From assembly GCA_977030845.1 (NCBI GenBank), contig OZ365115.1, forward strand, positions 7,564,001 to 7,628,000: 64,000 bases of DNA, in the 5' to 3' direction. This document shows, one piece after another, positions 44,201 through 56,200 of the stretch (position 1 is its first letter; each line of letters starts with the position of its first letter). The notes beneath the pieces are model-generated. The model worked only from the letters and a program-made list of their open reading frames with translations, had not been told where the DNA came from and searched no databases. This DNA is from Fimbriosthenelais zetlandica. Its lineage: Eukaryota. The translations under genes and the position numbers were made by a program.

Positions 44201-47200
44201 AATAACGGCAATGATTCTTTTACATAGAGGTAGATAGAAACAGCCTAGCAAAACCCAACTATGCCTAGAGCAGGAAAACTGCTTATAAGACAGTCAGGGT
44301 ATAAGGTTAAATGATTTAGTTTCTAGTAAAACGTCCTGAACACCCACATGACATATCTTAACCCCCTGCTGGTGTAGAGCACCCCTTTTAATGTAGTGGT
44401 GCACGTCCTTAAGGCAGTCATCTCACTAGATATAACCTCCTGCTCTACACTATTTATACACTCACCCTCCTCCTACCCCTCAGGCACTGCCTGCCTATGT
44501 GAATTAGAAAAAAGTCAATAAACTATCGGTATTTTCCCAGGAATTAATTTCCATAAAGGAAGTTCATAGCGCACTGGGGGCATTCACATATAGGCAAGAG
44601 GGAACTTGTGAAGCAATTGGTGAAGAAGGCAGTGGCAGGCTTGGAGTTGGGCCAGGAGATGGATGCAGACATTGAGGTTATAAATAGTGTATGCACCCCT
44701 GCCAGGCAAATGATGCATCGAGGCTATTTTCTTCATACTTTTCTTCCTTTTTCCTTTCTTTCTTATTTTTACTTTTTCTTTGTGATATCAACCCCCCATC
44801 GATCTGTGTAGGGGCATGAGGATGGTCAATATATATAAGAGGGAGAAACACATATTATATTGTGGTGAGATTCATCACCATTTCCACCTGTTTTATCTGA
44901 AGGAATCTGATAAGACTACAATATCTCCTCCATCATTCTGCGAAGAAAGCCTGAAAAATAGACTTGTCCTCACCCATGTCAAAGCATTCTACTGTCGAAT
45001 AATCTTTGGCACTCTCCGACTACTTTAAAATTCGGGAATGCCTATAGATGACGGAGCGCAAAAATACCCAAGGTATAATTCTCCTTTGTCATAACAAATC
45101 ATGGAACATTCAAGTTGGATGGTCATTTTCATGATTTTTCCGTCTTTTAAGATTTATACTTATAAAGGGCACACTGCATGGAATGCTTGAACAAGTCTAG
45201 TTGGCAGAGGTAAGGTTTGTTGTCCACAATGTTTATGCAGAATACCCAATGGACATCTATAATTTGGAGCCAGCAGGGCAGAGGGAATGGCTTAAAAGCA
45301 AGACAACAGCTTTTCAGGCAGAATTAATAAATGTTGTTGCTTTTTTCAGCCCCTGGGACAAGCAGACCTTTATGTTATTCTTGCTTATTCGTATGATCAG
45401 CAACAATAATGGCATAGCACACCGGATCTCTACAATAATAGAATAGTAAATTGGATCTGATATAAAAAAAAGAATATATGTTATATGTCAGATAAGCGCG
45501 ATGCCACGGATGCGGGCAGGCAATGTCATAGTCATGCCACCAACGGATACAGGCTAACAACATGGGTAAAATAATGTCAACTCATATGTCTGGCCAGTTG
45601 TCCAGACCGATAATTCATTCACCGTATGAAGTATCATACTGTAAAGGATCATTATTTCTTTCGTTTTAGAATTAGATGTGATTAATATAACATAGCCGCA
45701 TTGACCATATGAGTTTAAAATAAACGGAGATTTTTCAAGTTTCCAGATCTGTCTCGTTATAACCAGAACGTACATACAGAGTGGAATCCAATACTTTGTA
45801 CCACCAGAGAGACTTGAGATACAACGAAGAGGAAAAAAGCTGGAACTGCAAATCCCTAGCACACCATGCAAATACAGACTGACCATTGGTCATCTGTATT
45901 CCTGGCATCACTAGTATCTGGTTTGGAGTCGTGGCCAAGCGGTCAGAGAAGGTATGGATCGAAAGCGTATCGCAAAGATCCAACTGTGTGCAGAATACAG
46001 CCAGATTTGGCAGTAAAACACAGACGTAGAGGTTTTGTTTTCTCCAGGTACAAATCCACACTAGCCTAATAATCAATATTACTATATATGATAATGTTTG
46101 CCCACCCACTGCACTTAAACACTCCCCTATATCTAGGGTGCTACAGATGGTAATGCAGATCACATCGATTTTGAAAGATAAATCAATTAATTCTTGAAAT
46201 AGGGAAGTGTAGAAGGCATTTGTGATGTATACACTTTATTGTCTGTGAGTATTCAGGTAGGCAGGGGCGGTGAATTATTACAACTATTGATTTCCCAATC
46301 CGTATGAATCATTGGGCACAATTCAGTACAACATTACTCATTCTTTCTCATGGGAGAAAAACGGAACTTCCAAACAACCCATCTCTCAAGTAGTAAAATA
46401 TTCATTCCCACTTCTGCAATAAACTCGCCTGGAAATCGGATGAAACGATTTATTTCCAAGCTCAGAGAAAGAGCCTATTACAGCAGCAATCTTTTTGAGC
46501 TTACACTATAGGTGATATCAAGTTTCCAATCCTTCTAAATCAAGAGGCTTAGATGAATTTTGAGTTAAAGACACAATACCCGATGTATTATTCATGTAGG
46601 TAAAGGTGAGTAATTCATACTTTTTGAATGAGTAGCTCTTACTGAAGGCAGCTCCACATAGAGTGGTTTGCCTGTAAGCGTGTGAAGTGGCATTCAATGA
46701 CATTTCACTCTTGCCTTGCACTTCAAGCAAGGGGCGTAACCCTTCCCACACCTCCCCCAATAACCACCCCTCCACAGGCCTTGGTCACACATATACTGCG
46801 ACAACAGTCATTCACAGATGGACATGAAAGGCTTTATACACCAAGCCTATGAATTTCTATCCAAACATGGTGTGGCAGGGAGTGTAGAATTTCCACAGTT
46901 GCCCACACATCACCACTGCGGCTGTCCCGCTGGTCCATTATAGTAAGCGATTTATGAGGTTTGTACAGAGCTTTGGGCATGTTCAACTGGAGAAGGAAGG
47001 AGGGTTCTGTGATAGTAGTGAGAAATATGGGGAGGGAAGGCACTATGGGCAATACACACGACATGGCCTACACCCACTGCCACACTGTCATGGCACAATC
47101 ATCCTACAGGCTCAAAGGCCACGGGTGCAGAGGGCAGCCTTGTAAGGAAAAATAGATAAATCTATTGAAAAATATTTTAAGCCAAAAGAGACATACTGAA

Positions 47201-50200
47201 GTGATTCAGCTACAGGGACGCTAAATGTCAGTGATTTCTCCGAGATTCTGAGAATCACGGCAGGTCATGCTTTGTCATTGCTATTTTAAGACTGAGATAT
47301 TGTGGAGCCTGAGTTTCATGACCAACTGATGGGCCTCTCACACCCAAGAGAGCCATAGAGTAGGTTGGCCATGGGTGGTGGTCCCTGTATATCAGTCATG
47401 GGGGAGAGATGGAGGAGAGGGAGACTAGAGGGCAAGACAAAGAAAGAAGAGAACGGGAAGAACATGTATAGTCACACATAAAGATAGATATGTGCTTTCA
47501 GGTTTTATCATATCCAAAAATGTTTAATAAACCAGAATTGAAGAATAATATAACCTCACCGAATATTAGGCTTCACCGGGGGGTATATCACCATCAGTTG
47601 GTGCAGGGTTAAGCATGTCCTCCATCCTCCCCTCACCCCCAGTCTACCAGTCCAGTCTCCCATCCCTCCTCAATGGTGCATCAGCACATTAAATATTTAC
47701 TTGAGTATCGGTACATTATACATCGTTATGCATGGGGAGGGCCACGGCAAAGATCACTCCATCATTACCTACAGAGACTATATTTACCATGGTCTGTGTG
47801 GCTGTACTGCTAGGGGAAAAAAGGTATTGATGAACGAGGGAATATGGTGAGACAAGGTATACAAGTTCTGGTATAAAATGGCATCAAATACTGAGAAAAT
47901 AGTACAGGTGAAAATATGGATTACGTTTAATGTGATGAGAGAAATGGTTGACTGGACGCTAAGCAACCATTACCCACTCAGTCACTTTCACTTTAAATGC
48001 TTGGGGTACCTTATATCAGAGACATCTTAAATGAGTTTAGCACTCTCAAACCCCCTTTTCTGTACCATTCATCAAATCCAGTAGCGCAGACCATTATTTA
48101 CTTATGTTAGCATGTACCAGAAAATGGTTGGTGCATTCTATGGTTTCTTTGTCAAAGCTTTGCGTTACTTTACTAAAGAGAATAAAGCACGTTGACTTTA
48201 GGGCTTCATTTCCTATGGGAGTCAGGATTCCACTGCATTCGGCCTCGAAACTCAAACTCTCATAGAAGGCGAGACCTCATGTCAACCTGTGCTCTATTCT
48301 CTAAGTGGAAGTATGGGTCTCTGAGGGAAGATGTATAATTTTCTGCTGGGATTATAAGACAGTAATCTACATGCATGAAGGAGGGATAGATGACATGAAA
48401 TATTGCTCAATTTAATCCTGACAACCTGCCACTTTCTTAAGGCGTTCAGTAGAGGGATCCATCATTGAGCCATCCATCATTTAGCGCCAGCAGCATTAGG
48501 CTTAATCAAACAAAGCGCTCATTTACTAGGCACCAGTGTATGGCCTTATGACAAAGTGGAGATTAGCTCAGAAATGAAGAGATTAAGTGCCATAACAACA
48601 GGCAGCACTCATGTATTAATGTCTAAGTTAATCTATCATCGTGTACTTAGCTAAGGAACCAATAGGTTTTCACATATATTTAAAATATATCATATATTAT
48701 CAATGGCCTTAAGGTAGGAAAGAGGTAGAGAATCTGATTATATATAGCACATAAGATGCTAACTTGAACCATAATCAGCGTTGACTCAATCAATAAATCA
48801 ATCAAGACACAAATCAGTCATCTTAATTTTGTAATCTAAGTCCCGTCTTTTCCTCATAGGCCTTGCTAAATGAATGAAATTCAATCAGCTTTGGTTCCAA
48901 CATAAGGACGGATAATTCAAAGCTAATCGTTTAATTTCCAAGGCTTGATCAAATCATCCAGACTCAATTGTTGTAGGGCCAGGTCCTTAGTATTCATAGG
49001 AAAGGAGATTTATGTTCTTAGTCGAGAGCGATTTTTTCTGTAGTGAGGGCAGAAGTCTTTGTCAAGAGGACTTTCAATGCCTTAACTGAATTGCAAATTT
49101 TTGATGCAGATATCGAGGCATTGCCTGAATCATTTTAGGACATCTAAGCAATTCAATAACTTATTTGAGGACATCAATGATTTGAGGACACCAATGATTT
49201 GATTTTGTGAAAATTCCATAAAGCTGTAGGGTCCATAGAATATGAAAAAAGACTATCAGAAGTTGACTAAACTAAAGGATCTAAGACAGTTTTTCCCATT
49301 GTTGTCTGGGATCAGTCTAGATCAGTCTAGCACTATAAGCTGGAGCCCCCAACTCCTCCTCACTCATACATCATCATTTGTTTACCTCCGTCTCTCCTAT
49401 TTATTTCAGCCAGGTATTAAGGCTGCCCTTATGAGACTATTAATCAGTTTACGTCTCGCCTCTCACTCGTGCCAACTCTCAGTGTATAACACACTCAGAA
49501 AACTTCGGACGTTCGAACCGTACACAAAAAAAGGTTGGAAAACTTATTGTAAACCTCAATTATAATAAATTTGAATATGTAAAGTAAGATGATTTTGGGA
49601 TCTAGGGATATTGTGCAATACTTGATAACATAACATTCCATTGTAAAGTCTATTCACAAAATATGCACAAGTGTTATTCATGGGATTGTATAGTCGGCGT
49701 ATATACTCAATATACTGGTGATTTATTATCAAGACAGGCCCTCTAAGGACAGGCTAAAAGATAAAATATCACCTGCTAGCTGAGAAAATTGGATTTAGTC
49801 TGGCGGTGATGTGAGTTGTGGAGGCGGTGGTGAGGGTGTGGAAGCATCAAGGTGAGGGCAGTACAAGTTTAACATGGGTCTCTCTAAGCCGGCCTGGCCC
49901 CTATCAACAGGCACAGCTTTAATTGAACCAAACACCAGACTTCCCAAGCTCCCTACTTTGTATGGACAACTTCTTGAAATTTCTTTTGCTAAAGTCCTGT
50001 AAAAAATTGTCAGGAGGAAGCGTTTTTCTGGAGGTAATATTATCCTAATATTTTATAGGAATGATGGACTGTATTTTTAAATCATTTCATTCGATATTAA
50101 TAGTCTCAGAGAAATCAAAGTTTCTTTCCAATCGGACATCAGCTGAACATTTTATAAATGAAAAACTCCTGATGTGATGGCTTTCTCTTTATGGTAAAAT

Positions 50201-53200
50201 CTTCACACACGATCCATGCCCTTATAAGGTTTGTGCTGGTCCAAAGACTCCTCTGTAGCTCCCCACCACCACCCACACCTTCCACACCACAGACATACTG
50301 ACTAGACAGCCAGCATCACCAGTCTATGTACAGGACTACCTCTCTGAGCCTCCCATCAAAAGACCAGCAAAGCCTGGCAATTTTATCAGCTCCTGTACTC
50401 TCCCCTACCTCCTCATCTATTCCACTATCTAACATTACATCATCTCGTCTGAATCCATCATCTTATTCCCGGTATATAGTGTGCGCAGGCTCTCAGCTTA
50501 CAGGGGAATGATATATTCCTCTCTCCTACTTCTCACACTAGCAGGTCTGTTTCACTATACCATTTGCTACTGACACAACCTACATATACCTGGCTCTTGT
50601 GCACATAGAGTTTGTCCTGTGCAAGCAGTGCGCAGGACATAGTGAAACAGTAGTATCCTCAGCATAAACAATACTTCAGAGAGGGGTTGAGAGAGAGGGA
50701 GGAATGAAAACACTTAAGGCACTCTTGCTCTGGCATCCAGCGGGTAAGAGAGACTAGAGAGAAAACACTACCAGTGTATACATATAGGTTTCCTTATCAA
50801 CAGCAACTATCAATAACCCCCAAAACAGCCAGGAGAGCTCTGAGCACCTCTCCTCTGGGACATATTGAGTTTATTCATATTATCAGCAGAGATACTGAAT
50901 AAAATGAGATACTGAAAAATGAGAAATTGTGTGGGCACCAATTACATAATATCTTGCATGATTACAGGCCTAGACTATGGAAAATTGGAGAACACTGATG
51001 CATTGTATACTGACACTTGACAAGGGGGTGGGTGTGTGTGTCTGTGGGGGCGGGATTGATCTGAAAATCTGAAACACTGTCAGATACACATAATGGCGCA
51101 TCTGATTTACTCCTGCCCATCGCTAGTATGTAGCAATGAAATAAACTTGGTTCAAACCGGTGTATACTGTCATAGTGGAACTTCAGTAGGATGGAAACAA
51201 TTCCTGATGTACTGGGGGGATTTGGTCACTCACTTAGCCGACCCTGATTACTGTGAGGGTGATAGTGAATTGAAGATGGCAAACTATCTGTACTGGTTTA
51301 ATTCCTTCCATGTCTCTACAAGTTCTGTCAATGTTGTGCATTGACGCTGCCACACGTCGTGACACGACATCGTATTGATCCATGTAACTGCTTTTAAGGC
51401 CTGATGATCAAACGTTTGTACATCCTCAGGGAATGCCATCCAGGCAATTACATTGGTGGATCACTGGTCATTGGTTGGACGCCAACGACCGCTAGACTAG
51501 CCGAGAGAGGCATCTGTGGGAGGAAGATAGGAGACTGGGAAGACTCCCATTTATCTGGCTGTTTCTGTGGCTCTCCTTAAACCACTGGTATTAGTATGAT
51601 TGCTTGGGATAATCCTGGTACGGCCAAACGCCCCCAGGATAAGACAGAGTCATGACACTGATACATGGACTTCTCAGGTCCTTTCATTCCCACAGTCTCC
51701 AGATCCATACCACCTGTTTATTATGTTCCTACTCTGCCAGGGTGAGACTATAAAGTACCAGATGATATCCCATCCAGAGGGAACCATCAGCCCTCGTGGA
51801 ATATGGCTGGTAGATTGTCTGGTTCACTCTTTGTTGTATGCTCGGGTAAAAAATAAATATGGTTCATTTTTTAGTAGGTTGGTATTATTGGATGTTATTT
51901 GGAGGGTATCACATCTTGATTGAGAGGAATGGTTGTGGGGGATGGGAATCAGGGCTGAGTGGTTGGTTTAGTGAGAGTGCAGCTGAAGAGTGTGGACAGG
52001 CACTCCAATACTGTGAGTGGTACTAGAACCCAACAATGATCCCGTCTAATGGTGGGATGAGGGTAAATACCAATAGAATGAGGATTGGTACAATTCATAC
52101 TTCATGAAGGAGATGGAGCAATAGGAGGAGAATATGGTCACTCCATGACTCAATTACCCTCCATATCAGAGAAAGCCCAGGGGGCGAAATATGAGCAAGC
52201 CATCTGAAAGTATTTTCTCTATGCATTACTTCAATGACTGTATCTTATATTGAAGCCTGCCCCGATGGGAAAACCCAAACATGCTTCAACGTTAAAGAGG
52301 CTGTTTTTAATCTATGTTCTTTGCCTTGAGTTCTGTGCCATTTACGACTGAAGTCCTATTACAAAAGTACTAATTTCAGACTCAAATATAGGAGTAGTAA
52401 TTTCAAACTCAAATATAGGAGGATGCGAGCGAGATGAAAAAGAAAATTGCAGCTGCAGGGAATCCCACATTTGGCTTGATGAAGCAGGAATTATATGTGA
52501 AAGAGAGATAGGTTTTGTCAAAAATCTAGGCCGAAATGCTTCTGAGGTACTGCTCGAGGGAGTTCAAAAACATGATCAAAAAGGAAGTAAATTCCCATCT
52601 AGCCTTCCGTGTAGGAGCCTCATTTTGCTGGCTAGCAGCCTTGCATAAGGCCAAGTCTATCAATGAGTAACAAATAATGCTTTTAAGCTAACTCGTGATT
52701 AACATCGATCTAGGAGAAAGATAGAATGGAGTATTAGAGGTGGTCATGTGAACGGCCATGTTAGACGAGCGGCCGTCCCTATGGAAACCATCAACTTCAT
52801 TTACTGCTACAGATTTTTGACAACATATGCTGAGCTGCTCCATCAATCACATGAGAAAACTATTGCCAGGCCTGTGCTACATTTAATATCTCATATCCCG
52901 GGAGATCTAGAAGGCTTTTTCTCAGCTGAATCTGCCTCTAACTCCCTGCCCATTTGTATCATCAACTATTAATTTTTCATATTACAGTATAACAAATGGG
53001 ACTGAATATTAAGGTGGGATTGTACTTTAAATTGCCTGTCCAAGGAGGGCTCTGGGGTTGGGAATTATATGTCAACATTATCCATATTTTATTAGCGTGG
53101 TGAATGTGTGGTAGGTGGAGGCAGAGGTCCCATATTTTCAGGCTAATTAATCGCCTCTCTCTTATGTAAGGCACAAATAGATCGATGCCAACCAGTGGCC

Positions 53201-56200
53201 AGGCCTAATCCCCACCTCAACCATGCATAATCCTGGCCTGCACCGACAGCCAACACAAAGGTACTGACATTTATTGATGACTTCATTTGACATTTGGAAC
53301 ATATCTAGGTTACAGGCCAGAAAAGTGTCCTGCTTCCATGAACAGTAAGGGATCCAGGTTTCATGTTTGTATACAGAGGCATTAAATATGTGACAAAATT
53401 GATTAGTGACCACAATATTCACGACCAGCTGGGTCCAGGTGTTACTATATGATATTTATCTTCTGCCGATTATAGCTTAATGCAACAATAATGTGAAATT
53501 TTTAAATATTAAAATTACATTTTGTAATGTTTTTTTTCACGGTGTCGTGCTTGGCCATTTTGGAACCAGGAAGGCATTCACTGATGCAGTTTTCTGAGCA
53601 ATAATTTAGTCATTCAGGGTTAGCTAACTGCTTAATCACGCCAAGCGATGCTCTGTGCAGCTCTGGTGGTACGTGCCTCCAAGCTCAGTGATTAGCGCTC
53701 TGTTCCACACGTGTCACCAAGGTTACAGCCCTAATCAGTTCCCACAGTACTGCAGCCTTCCACCCACCAACCACAACTTGTATCCTCACAAACACCCTTA
53801 TGCACAAGCATCTTCCTATTTTTAATTCATTTACTCGCCGTTCCTGACAGGGACAGTATTCAATGCCAATTTTCTTAATATTCTGGCAAGAGTAGGAAGG
53901 CCGGTGGGTTTGAACTTGGCACACATTATCTGCACACCCCCTGAGCCTGCAGGGTCCGGCCTATTGATTGAGGAAGGCAAAGCCTTATTGCTGCAGCCAT
54001 CGAGACAAGCACACTAACCCACTCAGCCACCCCCTCCCGCTTCCTTCTCCTCCTAGTGCTAAAACAGCCTCCAGACAGAGAGCTTGCCAACCAGCAACAC
54101 TTCCAAATTTGCCATTCATTGGCATTCCTCAATCGCTTTTTCAATCCCAACAACAAAGCATTGCAGTCGCAAACGATTCCGTCTACGCCTTCTGACACTT
54201 GTCCTCGCAGCAATCTGATGAGCCTGGCGAAGGTTGTAAACGGGCCGGGCTGGGTAGAGAGAGGGGGGAGGGAAATATTAAAGGTCTGTAGGGAGGCTCT
54301 TGAGTAGACCTTTATGGCTGTTTATTTGAACGTGTAAGGGGGTCGGGAAGAGAGCTGTTATCTAGATGGCATCTCTGTCCAACCTAGCAGTGCAATACCA
54401 CCCAGGAATGAAGTGCTGGCCTCCTAGACGAGCTTTACTCCAGGGCTGGGCTGGAGGGTGCTTTCTTCTTGTATTGGTGCCAGTAAAAAAGCTAGAGGCT
54501 TTGAGTAAAGATGAGGAAGGCATCTACAATCTATATACACACACAGTCCTATTGTTAGGAAAATAAGTTCTTGCATATTTGTTGCATATAGAAACATTTC
54601 AAACCTTTCAAATGTCATTCTGGCACTAATTTACGCCTAATGCTAGAGTGAAGGGCAATGAGGTAGGTTTACTTTAGCCTTTAGGGATTCAAATCCAGAC
54701 GTGCACTCAGCCTCATACTCCAGACATACATTAACCGCTCACCAGGGACACATTCCCCCATCTCACAGTACACCTATTATATCAACTGACTTTTCACCGA
54801 GCATTACCAGCTCTAATCTCAGACTGCGACATTCAAATTGTAAAATGCTGTTTCGCGCTAGCTCAGCAATTGCCACAATGTCTAAAGCAGCCGAAATAGC
54901 GAAATGTAAAGACGATGTCAAGGGGATTTGGCACTAATGTCTGAATCTATTACCGGTACAAGAGAACAATCATAATCGGTTTCGTTGACTACAATACAGG
55001 TTTCATGTTTGTTGCTGGATAATGCAAGCAATGTACGAAGGCAACATTATGCTCGAGAACACAACATTAATGGCTCTGTTCATCCCATATAATAGGCAAG
55101 TCTGCAGGACAAAATTTACACATGGCTTTAATGGGAGGGCAAACACACATAAATTCATGTGCAGCAGGGCGGATGATACCATAAATGCATGCAAACGCCA
55201 TTTGTATTTAGGCATTGTTTAAAACATGAACCTGCTACCTTTAAGGTAGAAATTTAGTACTCTTAATGGCACTTCTCTATCAGGCTAGTAATAATCCTCA
55301 TTAAGATATATTCTCATGAAAACATCGTATATTTGAATATATAAATGCATCTATAGGCAGCTGAAGGGACACAAAGACAAAGGCTGCACAATTAGGACCC
55401 AAGGCACAAGTAGATATAAACGTTGGTATTATATGCAATCAACTTAATTGCTATCCTAATCCAACAGCATGTAATAGAAAGTAAGCCTGCAAAGTGAGGC
55501 GAACGGGATAAAACATGACAATCCAAGCTGACATTGTGTAAACAATGATATGAATTTATCCTCGCTGGAGGCTATATATCAATTATGAGATGAAAAAATA
55601 GAGGAAAGGAGCGAGCGGTTGGTGCTGCAGTCTAATATATATTTACTCTGATAATAATGACTCGATAAAAAGTTTCAACCAGTCCCACCCAACCCTATTA
55701 TCCTATATATATATCCTTCCAGTTTCAATGGACTGAATTCATGAAAACTATTCCAGATTTCATGCCAGAGATAAATCTTTTCTCAAGACAAATACGACAT
55801 CACATTTGATATCTCTTGAACGGAGGATGTTATTTCTTCATTCATTAAACACTGGTTGCCGAAATACTTGAAATGCCAATAACATTCAATCAACAGCTGT
55901 TAAACAAGCACAGCTGTGGTCGTTTTCAATCATTTTCCTGAAGAAATATTGTCAATAGTACAAAGTGTTTTTGTCCCTTCATATTGATCAATTCATGTAT
56001 TTATGTTTAGCCCTGTCTTTTAAAGAGATCTGACAAGATAAATACATGTACCGTATTCATGCTCATTGTTGTATGGCGACTGTGAACTCTCCAAACAACT
56101 ATTTGTGGAGACTAAATGAATAGGCAGCTCTGGGTATTGCAAAATACACATCAAATATGTCAGCGATACTGCGTAAATCAATTGCACGGCCACTGGAGAG

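Noticed and set aside
23118-46540. Other short acceptor/donor pairs (23118-23125, 33142-33157/33170, 44466-44494, near 44975 and near 46510)
   Set aside because: Not multiples of 3, contain in-frame stops, or lack a polypyrimidine tract.
3082-52419. Short two- or three-copy tandem duplications (3082-3109, 19801-19838, 20656-20721, 49164-49200, 52366-52419)
   Set aside because: Ordinary slippage duplications in introns.
54997-55234. 13-14 bp inverted repeat caggtt(t)catgttt / aaacatgaacctg about 210 bp apart
   Set aside because: No matching target-site duplication and no internal symmetry; insufficient for a MITE call.
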